A stretch of 41,802 nucleotides of DNA from NCBI RefSeq assembly GCF_004010195.1, contig NC_057759.1, positions 3,617,171-3,658,972 of the forward strand. Reading direction: 5' to 3'. A model generated the notes under the pieces. The model did no database searches and was not told where the DNA came from. It saw only the letters and a program-made list of their open reading frames with translations. Positions 24,215 to 36,673 of the stretch are shown here, piece after piece. Source of the stretch: Chiloscyllium plagiosum (Eukaryota). Both the position numbers and the translations under genes were made by a program. The first letter of the stretch is position 1. Each line of letters begins with the position of its first letter.

Positions 24215-25460
24215 CAATATTTTTACATCTTCACTGTCCACTGGAGTAGTGCCAGATGATTAGAGGATGGGAAATGTTAGTAAATGTTTTTCCATGGAAG
24301 TGTATATGAACAATCCTGGGAATTTCAGAGCATTCAGTCTATGGTGGGCAAATTATTGGAGAGGAATCTGAGAGACAGGAGGTATAATTACTTGGAAAAA
24401 CATAGTTTGATTAGAGATAGTCAGCATGGCTTTGAGAGAGGTAGATTATACTTCACAAGCCTTATTGAATTATTTGGAGATGCAACAAATACCATCCATG
24501 AAGGTTAAGTTTGTGGTGTAATTGAATTTAAGCAAGGAGTTTTATAAGTTTCCTCATGGTAGGCTCATTCAGAAAGTAACGAGGCATGCGATACAGGGAA
24601 ATCTGGCTGTCTGGATACAGAATTGGCTGGGCCACAGAAAACAGAGGGTGTTCAGTGATTTTTCCTAGGGATTTGTTCTGGGACCTTTGCTCTTGTAAGT
24701 GTTTTTAAGTGGCTTGCATGAGAAAGTGGAAGCGAGTTTTAGTAAATTTTCTGGTGACACGAAGGTTGGTGGACTGGTGTATAGAGTCCAGGCCTGTTAT
24801 AGGGTGCAAAGGGACATTGGCAGGAGCAGAACTTGGCTGATAAGTGGCAGATGGAGTTCAAAATGGAAAAGTATGAAGTAATTCATTTTGGAAGGTTGCA
24901 TTTGAATGTAGAATATAGGGTTAAAGGTAGGATTCTTCACTGTATAGACCCCACAAGCTTGCTACTCAAATTAATAGGGTTGTTAAGAAGGTGAATGATG
25001 TGTTAGCTCTCATTAACGAGGATTGAGGTTAAGAGCCGTGAGGTGATGTTGCAATTCTATATAACCCTGGTAAGACCACTCTTGGAACATTGTGTTCAGT
25101 TATGTTCACCTCATTTTGTAGCATGTGGAATCTTTAGAGAGGATACAGAGGATATTTACCAGGATGTTGCCTGAACTGGTAGGCATGTCTTATGAAGAAA
25201 GATTAAGGGAGCTAAGACTTTTTGGAGCGAAGAAGCTGATGAGGGGCATAGATAGAGTGAGTAGTCTGAGACTTTTCCAAGGAAAGAAATGGCCATCACA
25301 AGGGGACATTTTTTAAGGTGATTGGGGAAAGGTTTAAGGGAAATGTTCGAGGTAAGTTCTTTATACAGAGAGTCAGAAAGAGTGGGATAAAAAGTCGGCA
25401 AATCATCAAGTTTTGAGGGGTCTCTCCTCTGCTGTACTGTTCTATGTTCAATGTTCTAAA
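24215..25460 (+). mobile_element. CR1 LINE ORF2 (RT) fragment truncating the Gypsy RT
   Basis: 'KLLERNLRDR...LIRDSQHGFERGR', 'SKFSGDTKVGG', 'LERIQRIFTRMLPEL..MSYEERLRELRLF' and the tail 'ctgtactgttctatgttc'. Confidence 0.9.
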
Positions 25461-26079
25461 CGTGGTCGGGGAGAGGGAAGGAAATACCAGAAACCAACGA
25501 TCCACAGGGAAGGTGCGACAGAAAGGCAGATAAATTGTGAGTGAGAGCCTTCAGAAAGGACAGAAACGTAGGACGAGAAATCCCAGAAGAACAGCCCCTG
25601 AAAAGTCTCATTTAATATATTTCCTATGTGGCAAACTAACTCCATGTTACCCTGCCCCGTGCTACACTCCTTGTTCTTGTGTCATTTTGCTCTCTTTTTC
25701 TCTGTCTCATTCCTGTCAAACTCTCCCTCTCTCTGTTCCAGCCACTCTCATACCTTCACGGTCAAATCTGTATCAGAACTTGCTTCCTCTTGAATATGAC
25801 TCTCTCCGATTGCCCTCACATATTCCGCTTCATTTCATCGGACTGCATCCACTAACAGATTGCCCATTACATACCTACTGTATTTAAATGCCCTCTCAAT
25901 CTCCATCGTTGTACAATCCTGTTTGCGTACAATCCGTGGGAGGGCTGGATTTTCCCAGTCTGTCATTTATAGGGGAGAAAGGTAGAGGTACAAATCCCAA
26001 GCTGTGAAAGAGCTGATATCTGATTTTCCGCCTGTCTGATGTCCCTGAACAGTCTTATCGATTATTCTTCGTATGTAGC

Positions 26080-26400
26080 TGCACAATCCATGATACCCTC
26101 CCCGGCCCCACACTTGCCATCATCGCGCTGTCTCCCTGTCTTCTGTGCGTCTCATATTATCCCTCTAAATCTCTCAGACCATCTCTCATACCTTCCCTGT
26201 CACTCTCGCTTAGCCTGTCTCATACCATCTTCGACAATCTCTCTCAGCCTCGCTCATATCCTTCCTGTCAATCTCTCTATTATCTGTTATACCTTCCATG
26301 CCAATCTCAGTCAGCTTCTCCTGCAACATCCTTGTCAACCTCTCTCATTCTGTCACTGCCAACTCTCAGTCAAACACTGTCTCATCTTGTCCTCAGAAAT
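26080..26400 (+). repeat. Pyrimidine-rich degenerate tandem repeat (CTCTCATA...CCTGTCA-like, ~30 bp)
   Basis: Recurring 'ctctcatac...ttcctgtca' motif, also present at 25690-25765. Confidence 0.5.
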
Positions 26401-27562
26401 TAAGTAGGAAAATTTCCTGTGTATTTGCCCTCCACATTAAAACTTCATTCCCCTTCCCCATCCTCCCGAACTGCCTCTCCTGCATTATTCCTCATTACCC
26501 AACCACCATAAATGAAAAGCAATCTGTATCTCCATTCAATACAATGCCTTCCCTCTGTAGGTTCCACACTCTAATGTGGAAGTCACAGTGAGTGCCAGCA
26601 AAGATCAACAGGACAGCCCAATCCCCCGGAACAGAATCAAAACAGAGAGAGAAAGCGACAGAGAGAGAGAGAACGCAAGGCGATAAGAACATGGCAGACA
26701 TGGAAGGAGAAATAGAGAGATTTTAAACACTGAGGTAGTGATGTAGACAGAGCGAGAATGATGCTGCAATGCAAGTAGAATGATCCAGCGACGCGAAGGA
26801 AACCTGCCCTCTCCACATTGCACACCAACCCTCAATACTTACTGGAAACATCTCTCTAACGCTATTGCACAAACGCTGTCTGTCATCAACTAAGTAGAAG
26901 CGAAGAGTGATAGTGATAACTCAGGAGAGAAATGAAAGCGGAGACAGGGAAAGAAAGAGAGAGAAATTGCCACGACGTCAGAAGGGTAGAAATGTCAGGA
27001 TAAATGCCAAGGAAATACGCAACGCATTTATTTGGCCCTGAAATCCTTCATTGAAATCATTTCCTATGGCGATGCCCACTAAATAGCATTCTGTCCTATT
27101 CTAAACGCCAAAACTCCAGTGCTTTCTGTCTATCTCTCCTAGAATCCTCACATTCTACCTACCACTCACTCCGCCCCTTCTCTTCAGGGCATTTGTACCC
27201 AGAAACAGTCTTTACATCGATAGTTATTGTGTTGGATGAGACTTTTGATTAGTTCTTGGAAAGGTAGTTACATTGAACATTGCATGTGGACAACACAACA
27301 AAGTCTCCAAAGAAAGAGAAAGCATCACCTTTCAATAACATCTCTAAACTTGGTAGAGTTTTTGGAGGTGAAGGATAGGACCAATAGCTAGTGATGTCAA
27401 TATCCAAAAAAGACCAGGTTTTGTTGTCATACTAAATATGCTTGTATGGAAAGGTAGAAGTTTGTTCAGTGTCTGCAGTTGAGTTCAATCTCCAAAGATC
27501 CTAATAGTGTTACTGGAGCGTTTCCCTCTTATCTTAATAAAGGGTTGCCTCAAATGTCTTAT

Positions 27563-29140
27563 CCAATTGTATCAAATACATCATTATCCATACCAGTGGA
27601 ATAGGCAGCTCCCAAAAAATGGGAGAGAAGAGATAAGAAAGTGAGAATAGTTTGAATGATCCAACAATGGATTAGAATTTAAGAACAGTAAACTGGAATG
27701 TTAAAACAAAGCATCAGGATCTGAGAACAATAAACTGGGATATTCATACAATGGATCAGAATCTGAGAACAACAAACTGGAATGGTACAATAGAAAGGAA
27801 ATTATTTTTGGGTTTTTCCTGGCTTTCTTATGACAGTTTATGGTTAATATTACAGATGGAAGCTGTACTGCTGATAATTCAGGCAGGTTACTGTCCCCTC
27901 CTCGCTATTGTTGATATCTCTGTCCAATTATTAATTCTGTAAATAATGTTGAATGCCATTGTATTTTTAAAATTCATTTTTGAGTCTTGGGCTCGTATTC
28001 TCTAAGCATTGATAGCCCATCCCTATTTGCCCTTGAGAAGGTGTTGGTGAGCTGCCCTCTTGATTCGCTGAAGTCCATTTGCTGTGGGTGACCCACAATG
28101 TNNNNNNNNNNNNNNNNNNNNNNNNNNNNNNNNNNNNNNNNNNNNNNNNNNNNNNNNNNNNNNNNNNNNNNNNNNNNNNNNNNNNNNNNNNNNNNNNNNN
28201 NNNNNNNNNNNNNNNNNNNNNNNNNNNNNNNNNNNNNNNNNNNNNNNNNNNNNNNNNNNNNNNNNNNNNNNNNNNNNNNNNNNNNNNNNNNNNNNNNNNN
28301 NNNNNNNNNNNNNNNNNNNNNNNNNNNNNNNNNNNNNNNNNNNNNNNNNNNNNNNNNNNNNNNNNNNNNNNNNNNNNNNNNNNNNNNNNNNNNNNNNNNN
28401 NNNNNNNNNNNNNNNNNNNNNNNNNNNNNNNNNNNNNNNNNNNNNNNNNNNNNNNNNNNNNNNNNNNNNNNNNNNNNNNNNNNNNNNNNNNNNNNNNNNN
28501 NNNNNNNNNNNNNNNNNNNNNNNNNNNNNNNNNNNNNNNNNNNNNNNNNNNNNNNNNNNNNNNNNNNNNNNNNNNNNNNNNNNNNNNNNNNNNNNNNNNN
28601 NCCAATTGTATCAAATACATCATTATCCATACCAGTGGAATAGGCAGCTCCCAAAAAATGGGAGAGAAGAGATAAGAAAGTGAGAATAGTTTGAATGATC
28701 CAACAATGGATTAGAATTTAAGAACAGTAAACTGGAATGTTAAAACAAAGCATCAGGATCTGAGAACAATAAACTGGGATATTCATACAATGGATCAGAA
28801 TCTGAGAACAACAAACTGGAATGGTACAATAGAAAGGAAATTATTTTTGGGTTTTTCCTGGCTTTCTTATGACAGTTTATGGTTAATATTACAGATGGAA
28901 GCTGTACTGCTGATAATTCAGGCAGGTTACTGTCCCCTCCTCGCTATTGTTGATATCTCTGTCCAATTATTAATTCTGTAAATAATGTTGAATGCCATTG
29001 TATTTTTTAAATTCATTTTTGAGTCTTGGGCTCGTATTCTCTAAGCATTGATAGCCCATCCCTATTTGCCCTTGAGAAGGTGTTGGTGAGCTGCCCTCTT
29101 GATTCGCTGAAGTCCATTTGCTGTGGGTGACCCACAATGT
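27563..29140. other. 539-bp duplication (27563-28101 = 28602-29140) flanking a 500-N gap (28102-28601); probable assembly artefact
   Basis: Same sequence at offset 1039, with identical ORFs at 27751 and 28790. Both copies abut the gap. Confidence 0.9.
27664..27790 (+). repeat. 42-bp minisatellite, ~3 copies (repeated at 28703-28829)
   Basis: AGAACA.TAAACTGG-type units start at 27682, 27724 and 27766. Confidence 0.75.
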
Positions 29141-29994
29141 TGATAGGGAGGGAATTACAGGAGTCTGACACAATGACTGTGAAGTAATGGAGTTATATTT
29201 CTAAGTCAGGCTGGTGAGTGAAGTGGAGTGGAACTTGCAGATGCTGGTGTTCCCAAGGACCTGCTGTCCTTGTCCATCAAGATGGAAGTTGTCATGGGAT
29301 TGGAAAGCGCTAAGGATCTGTGTCGAATTTCTCAGTGCTTCTTGTAGATAACGCACATAGCTGCTACTGAGCGCTGGGGGTCGAGGGATCGAATGTTTGT
29401 GAATATGAGGCCAATCAAGCGGGTTGATTTGTCCTGGATGGTGTTAAGCTTCTTGAGTGTTGTTGGAGTGCAGCAATCCAGGCAAGTGGGGAGTATTCAA
29501 ATCATACATCTGACTTGTGCCGTATAGATTGTTGATAGATTTTGGGGTGTCAGGAGGACAGTTACTTGCTGCAATGTCCCTCGATTCTGATCGGCTCATG
29601 CAGTCACTGTGCTTATGTGATGAGTCCAGTTGAGTTTCTGGTCAATAGTTACCGCAAGGATGTTGACAGTCGAGGTCTGGTAATGGCAATATCGTAGAAT
29701 GTCAAGGCGTGGTGGTTAAAGTATCTCTTACTGATGACGGTCATTGTGTGGCATTTTTGTGACGCGAATGTTACTTGCCACTTTTCTGACCAAGTCTGGA
29801 TAGTGTCCAGATCTTGTTGCAATTGAGCACGGAGCGCTTTTGAGTCTGAGGAGTTGCGAATGGTACTGAACACTGCAATCATCAGCAAACGCCATCATGT
29901 CCGACTTTATGTTGGAGGGAAGGTCGCTGAAGATTTTTGGCCTATGCCATGGCCTGAGGCACTTCTGCAGAGATGCCCTAGAACTGAGATCGCT

Positions 29995-30327
29995 GTCTAG
30001 ATAAAATAGTGCTGGAAATGCATAGCTGTTCAGGCAGCATCTGAGGAGCCGTAAAATCGACGCTTCGGGCAAAAGCCCATCATCAGAAATACAGGCAGAG
30101 AGCCTGAAGGGAATGAGATAAATGAGAGGAGGTTGGGGGTGGGAGAAAGTAGCATAGAGTACAATATGTGAGTTGAGGAGGGGATGAAGGTGATAGGTCA
30201 GGGGGAGGGGGGAATGGATAGGTGGAAAAGAAGATAGGCAGGTAGGACAAGTCATGGGGACAGTGCTGAGCTGGAAGTTTGGAACTGAGGTGAGGTGGGG
30301 GAAGGGGAAAATGAGGAAACTGTTGAA
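29995..30327 (-). mobile_element. Penelope-like element terminal region inserted in the LINE
   Basis: Minus strand 'tttctgatgatgggcttttgcccgaagcgtcgatttt..gctcctcagatgctgcctg...ttccagcac' is the typical Penelope-like terminal repeat text of fishes, preceded by a pyrimidine-rich UTR. Confidence 0.7.
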
Positions 30328-32191
30328 NNNNNNNNNNNNNNNNNNNNNNNNNNNNNNNNNNNNNNNNNNNNNNNNNNNNNNNNNNNNNNNNNNNNNNNNN
30401 NNNNNNNNNNNNNNNNNNNNNNNNNNNNNNNNNNNNNNNNNNNNNNNNNNNNNNNNNNNNNNNNNNNNNNNNNNNNNNNNNNNNNNNNNNNNNNNNNNNN
30501 NNNNNNNNNNNNNNNNNNNNNNNNNNNNNNNNNNNNNNNNNNNNNNNNNNNNNNNNNNNNNNNNNNNNNNNNNNNNNNNNNNNNNNNNNNNNNNNNNNNN
30601 NNNNNNNNNNNNNNNNNNNNNNNNNNNNNNNNNNNNNNNNNNNNNNNNNNNNNNNNNNNNNNNNNNNNNNNNNNNNNNNNNNNNNNNNNNNNNNNNNNNN
30701 NNNNNNNNNNNNNNNNNNNNNNNNNNNNNNNNNNNNNNNNNNNNNNNNNNNNNNNNNNNNNNNNNNNNNNNNNNNNNNNNNNNNNNNNNNNNNNNNNNNN
30801 NNNNNNNNNNNNNNNNNNNNNNNNNNNNNNNNNNNNNNNNNNNNNNNNNNNNNNNNNNNNNNNNNNNNNNNNNNNNNNNNNNNNNNNNNNNNNNNNNNNN
30901 NNNNNNNNNNNNNNNNNNNNNNNNNNNNNNNNNNNNNNNNNNNNNNNNNNNNNNNNNNNNNNNNNNNNNNNNNNNNNNNNNNNNNNGTGAACCGAATTGG
31001 ATGTAGAATAGTATCTGTGATGCTGGGGTCAACTGAAGAATCCCGAGCTAGATATTCGAGTCGACAGTCCGGCTGAAGATTGTTGCGAATGTATCAGTCC
31101 TATCTTTTGCAATGCAGTTCTCGGCTCCTCCATCATTGTGGATGGGGTTATCTGTGGTCCTTCGACCTCCAGTGAGTTGTTTAATAGTCCACCACCATCC
31201 ATGGCTGGATGAGAAAGGACTGCAGAGCTCAGATCCCATCTGTTGTTTGTTCGACCATTTAGCTCTGCGAATCACTTGCTATTTATGCTGTTTGGCACGC
31301 AAGAGGTCCTGTTTGTGAGCTTCACCATGTTGACGCCTCATTTTTAGATATGCCTGATTCTGCTCCTGGCATGCCTTCATACACTCTCCATTTAACCAGC
31401 GTTGATCCTTTGGCTGGATGGTAAATGTTGAGTGTGGAATATGCCAGGTCGTGAGTTTGCAGATTGTGCTGGAGTACTGTTCTGCTGCTATTGATGGCTT
31501 ACCTTACCTCATGGATGCCTAGTCTTGAGTTGCTAGATCTTTTCAAAGTCTGCCCCATTTGGCATTGTGATAGCACCATGCAACACGATGTAGGTTATTC
31601 TCAAAGTGAAGAGGGGACTACATCTCCACAAGGCGGGCAGTGGTAACATTTTACTTATAGTGTCATGGACAGATGCTTCTCCAGCTGGCAGATAAATATG
31701 GATGAGGACAAGTTTGTTTTCTCTTTCCCACTTGTTGCTTCCTTAACCACCTCCTGCAGACCCAGTCTAGCAGTTCTATCCATTTGGACCCGACTAGCTC
31801 GATCTGTAATGCTGCTGCCGAGCCACTCTATGTGGTGGACATTGAAATGCACCACCCAGAGTACATTTTGCGCCCTTGTCATCCTCAGTGCTTCCTCCAG
31901 TAAGATGACTCTTTGCTCATGTTTAACTTGAAGTCATGAGAGTTCATGAGGTCCAGGGTCGGTGGCAAGGACACCCAGGACAACACCCTCCCGATGGTAT
32001 GCACCTCGGCTAGGCCTGTCCTGCTGGTGGGATAGGACATATCCACGGATGGTAATGATGGAGTCTAGGGTGTTATCTGTAAAGTACGATTCCGTAAGAA
32101 TGTCTATGTCAGGCTGTTGCTTGACTCGTCTGTGAGATAGCTTTCCCACTTTCGGCACTCGTCGCCAAATGTTGTTAAGGATAACTTTGCA

Positions 32192-32285
32192 TGGTCGGCA
32201 GGACCGTTTGTGTTTATGCCATTGTCTTTTCCGGTTCCGCCTGGTCGGCAGGACCGTTTGCGTTTATGTCATTGTCTTTTCCGGT
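32192..32285. repeat. 50-bp-period tandem duplication in the LINE 5' region
   Basis: TGGTCGGCAGGACCGTTTG.GTTTATG.CATTGTCTTTTCCGGT at 32192 and 32242. Confidence 0.85.
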
Positions 32286-33009
32286 CCGTCTGGTTTCAGT
32301 TTTTTTTTGTTGCGACTTTCTATTGATTGATACAACTGAGGGGCTTGCTAAGCCGTTTCAGAGGGCAGTTGAGAGTCAACCACATTGCTGTAGCTCTGGA
32401 GTCACATGTCGACCAGTCCAGGTAGAGATGACAGATTTCATTCCCTAAAGTGCATTGATGATCCAGTTGGAATTTTAGACAATGTTTTCATGGTCATCAG
32501 TGGACTCGTAATTTCAGTTTTTTTAAATGCTTGGATTTAAATTCCACAAACGGCCAGGGCAGGATTCTAACCCACGTCCCCAGAACTGTATGATGGGTTT
32601 CTGGATTAACAATCGAGCAATCATACCACCAAGCCATCGCCTCCCCATGCACCGGTGCATTTTATTTCACTCAGAATATAATGAGAATGAGACAACTTAA
32701 CTGGAGCCTGAAAGGTCTGTAACAGGCAGATGGAAAGAACAGGTAATTAAAACATCCACAGGGTCCCAGAAGCAAAACTGAACAAAGTATCACTCATGTA
32801 AGGGTCAAGGAATTACAAATACTGCAATAAGTCATATTAATGTGTGGGCAGCATGACAAGTCGCAATATGATACATGAAATAATCAGGTACATTACACTA
32901 TCTTCTCGCTATGTGCTGCCTTCCCCGTCCTTAAGTCTCCATTCTCAATCGGAGGGTTTGGGTACCTAGGAAAATTTCCTTTTGTTCTGCTGGAAAGGGA
33001 CTAATTTGC

Positions 33010-33309
33010 TCAGCTTCCGAATCCATACGGACTGCGGCCCTAAAGCTTCAGAGCATACACCACATCCATGGCCGTGACCATCTTGCGCTTGGCGTGCTCA
33101 GTCTAGGTGTAGATGACCGCATCACATTCTCCAGGAAAACCTTCAGCACCCCGCGGGTCTCCTCGTAGATCAATTCAGAGATGGGTTTGAACCCTTCACA
33201 GCGAGCCAGGCGCCAGATGTCTGGTTCCATGATTCCCTGGATGTTATAATGGCACACAGCGGCGCTGCTTTGCTCCACCTTTTCCCAGGCCTATGCCTCC
33301 TCGAGACAT
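33010..33309 (-). pseudogene. H4: Histone H4 pseudogene (frameshifts and stops)
   Basis: [17 protein letters not shown] / [38 protein letters not shown] / [29 protein letters not shown]. Confidence 0.95.
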
Positions 33310-33364
33310 CACGTTTAGTCCTTTCAATGGCTGCTGAATGACATCAGAAGTGCCTCCCCTTTCT

Positions 33365-33400
33365 TTTTTTTTATAGAAACTCGCCCAACCTGACTGAGAA
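33365..33400 (-). promoter_or_regulatory. Remnant histone H4 promoter (TATA box and H4 subtype-element-like motif)
   Basis: Minus strand 'ttctcagtcaggttgggcgagtttctataaaa', about 60-90 nt upstream of the H4 ATG. Confidence 0.5.
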
Positions 33401-33797
33401 ATAGAAAACAGAGAGTGAAAGGCAGCCCGGAGAGGAAACTGTTTGACAGGTAGAGCAGACTTTCATCCGCCTCCAACTAACACCAGCACCAAAGTGTATC
33501 TATAATTAAACCTTTTCTCCCCAATGCTAGTTGTTCCTGACTAAAGGAGCGCAGGCGTGAGGCATTCCCCCAGCGATGCCATTGAGGAGCATTTATTCAA
33601 TGAGTGCAAGAGGTTTGTCTGAAACAGTCCGCAATGGAGAGATCAGCGCCCAGGGAAGTGTGGGAACAGCAGGCTCCTTCCAGCAGCATATCAGGATGTG
33701 AGCTTGGGACACACGGGGTGACTGCGACACCTTGATTGATTCTCAGTTACTTCAGGAAGAACCAGGAGTTTTTTNNNNNNNNNNNNNNNNNNNNNNN

Positions 33798-34850
33798 TCA
33801 TACCCTCAATGTCAATCCCTCCCTTTCACTCTCTCACTCTCTCTGCCTCAATGTAACTCTCACACCTTCACAGTCACCCTCACCTCCTGACGCTCACTAC
33901 CTCACTCTCCTTCATTTCCAATCTTACTCTCTCACTCCAACTCTCACTCCCTGACCGTCACTCACACTCCATCACACTCACTCTCACTATGTAAGATTCT
34001 TTCACTCTCTCACAGTCACATTCCATCCCTCAGAGCCGCACTCAGTTCCTCAATATTGTACTCACTCTGTCACTCTTACCATCTCACTCTCGCTCCCTCA
34101 CAATCTTACTCCCTCACACTTACTTCCTCACTGTCACTTCCACTCTGGCACTGACACTGTCACTCATTTACTCTCTCTGTAAATCTCACTGTCAATCTAA
34201 CTCCCTGACCGTCATTGTCTAACAGTCCATCACACTCTTTTTTACTCCATCACACTCTGTCTCATTGCATCACACTCTCTCTCATTTCATCACAGTCATG
34301 TTGACTCATTTACTCACATACTGACTCTCTCATGGTAGCACACACTCGCTCACAGTCATACTCACTCCCTTACAGTCACACTTTCTTCCACATTCTCACT
34401 TGCATGCCCTCACACTTACTCCCACACACATTTTTCTGCTCTCAGTCTTATCCCACATTCTCAATCCATCACACGCACACTCACTCCCTGACTCTCACGC
34501 TCACTACCTCACTCTCACTCGTTCAGTCACTCTCACTTCCTCACTCCAACTAAACATCCATCTCTCTCACTCTCACCATTTTACACTCAGCCTCACTCTC
34601 TTTCACTCACTGTCACTCCTTCACAGTCATTCTCACACTCTTACTGTCACACTCACTCCCTCACTGATGTCCTCATTCCTCCACTGTCATATTCTTTCCT
34701 CCTCTGGCTTGCTCCCTCTCCGCTGTCAGGTTCATTCCCCACTGTCACTCTCACTCTCTCACTGTAACACTCTATCCCTCATTGTTGCACTGACTTCCTC
34801 CCAATCAATCCCTCACTCTGACCCACTGTTGTACTCACTTCCTCACATAG
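33798..34850 (+). repeat. Long (CTCA/TCAC)-rich low-complexity tract
   Basis: Continuous 'tcactc/cacact' degenerate repeats following a 23-N gap (33775-33797). Confidence 0.85.
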
Positions 34851-35804
34851 ATCTATTGGTCCAAGAACTTTGTTTATTTGCAGGGCCAATGCTTTATTTT
34901 CTTTTTAAACAGCGGACTGTTAGAAGACACTGTGTGTCTGTGTGGTGTGTGGGAAATTCTGTTTCCATGAGTGAACAGCCTGACTCCCAGTAAGAACTCT
35001 GATACTTTTTTCTGCACAAGGCCTCATTGGTAGAATTCAGTAGCTGAACTGACAAGTTAGCTTTTGAATATTTCAATCGCACTGCCTGCCTGTAGTTTCA
35101 GAAGTTGGCCAGTCACATTTAATTCTCTCAGGGCGTTCACTTCAAACAGATTGTGGAATTTGCATCTTAATGAATTGAAACTTGCTCATCCTTTCTGAAA
35201 GAGTTTTCAGTATTCTGCTTCTGCTGACATTCTTAGAGCGCAGGGATTCCGAAAAGGAAACAATTTTGGTTACACTTGCACCTCCTCATGCACCATACTG
35301 ATGCTTTCACTGTTTCTGGACGCTGATAATAGTGTAACATTTAGCTTATATTGTCACTCCTCAGTCTGACAACCAAACAGAATCGGTTTACAACTCACCA
35401 TGTTTCATCTGTAGAAAGTTGATAAGTGATAATTCTCAAAGTGTAAATTGTAATTTAATCTGCAAAGCCAGGATGAATTCTTCAGAACCTCTCCGTCATT
35501 TAGCTATTTTAAGTCTGTTCACGGCAGCCATTTCATGTTAGCACAGCAGTGACAGTCACTATTTAAACATAGAAAGACAAGAAAAAATATGGACTTGTGG
35601 AGTCCGTGTGAATTTGAGTGCAGCATAGATACACCAGAATAGTAGCTGGACAGCAAGGAATCAATGATGAGGGAGTGGTGTGACACAGACCCAGGGTTCT
35701 TTCCAGATGTACAGGAAATGGAGGCTTGCGAAATGTAATGCAAACTACTGGAATACATGAGTGAGAAAGACTTCTTAGTGTTTCTGGATCTCTGTTTCTT
35801 ATCC

Positions 35805-36420
35805 ACATCATTGGATGAGAATGCACAAGGCATAATTAGTAATTTTGCAGATGACAGTAAACTAGGAGGTGTCGTGGACAGTGGGGAAGTTTATCAGAAA
35901 TTGTAGTAGGACCTTAATCCCACCTTGGGGACATTGCCTGAGAAATGGAAAATGAAGTTTAATATAGGTAAGTTTGAGATCTTTCATTTTGGATAATCAA
36001 ATCAAGTTCGGAGTTCCAAGGTGAATTGTAGAGCCGGAAAAAGTTTAATGGTTCAGAGGGATCTTGGAGTTCAGGTGCACGGTTCTATGAAAATTGAGAG
36101 ACTGGTAGACGGGGCAGTAAAGAACGCTTTTGAATCACTGGCCTTCTTCGATCATGGCATTGAGTATAGAAGCTGCGAAGTTGTATTGCAGTGAGGCTGC
36201 CCTTGGAGTACTGTTTAGTTCTGATCGCCTTGCTATAGAAAGGATGTTATTAAACTGGAAAGAGTGCAGAAGAAATTTACAAGAGTCTTGCCAGAACGGA
36301 GTTAGAAGGAGAGGTTGGACAAATGAGACCCTTTTTCCTTGCGAGCTTAGGAGACTGAGGAAGGATGCTATCGACGAGTATAGGATCATGAGAGGCCTGG
36401 TTACGGTGAATGCACTTGAG
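35805..36420 (+). mobile_element. CR1 LINE RT fragment
   Basis: 'ttggatgagaatgcacaaggcataattagtaattttgcagatgacagtaaactaggagg' (ISNFADDSKLGG), followed by 'agggatcttggagttcaggtgcac' and further CR1 text. Confidence 0.88.
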
Positions 36421-36673
36421 GATCTAAATTTTGAATTTAGGCTGTTGTCAGAATCAACAAGTACATGCAGGTTTTCATTAACCATAAATGGCTTTTCCAT
36501 TTAAAATAACACAACAATCTGGCTGCAAGTAATGATTTGACTCTCTGAATTTGAACTGATGCTTTGCTAAGTTGGTTGTGTTTAGAGATAAGACAGAACA
36601 ATGGATTTTTCACAATATGAACCATAAGACAGTGATTTGGTATTCCAACTAATCTTGAACTGCCGACATGAGA

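Larger units (their letters stand above)
29002..32646 (-). mobile_element. Near-full-length decayed CR1/L2-group LINE: APE endonuclease and RT, no ORF1, tRNA-like 5' head
   Basis: Endonuclease 'VKQQPDIDILTESYF...GYVLSHQQDRPSRG' and 'NVLWVVHFNVHHIEWLGS'; RT end 'DLPSNIKSDMMAFADDC' and 'LQQDLDTIQTWSEKWQVTF'; 3' tail at about 29002-29080. The RT core is interrupted by a Penelope-like insert and the gap 30328-30986. Confidence 0.88.

Noticed and set aside
27664..27790. Regularly spaced repeats suggestive of a CRISPR array
   Set aside because: The units are contiguous diverged 42-mers without unique spacers, in vertebrate DNA with no cas genes; this is a minisatellite.
27967..31032. Long ORFs (181-434 aa) in the ORF track
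   Set aside because: They are read-through of N gaps, not real coding sequence.
34400..34993. 197-aa Ser/Leu/His/Thr-rich ORF
   Set aside because: Translation of the CTCA low-complexity tract.
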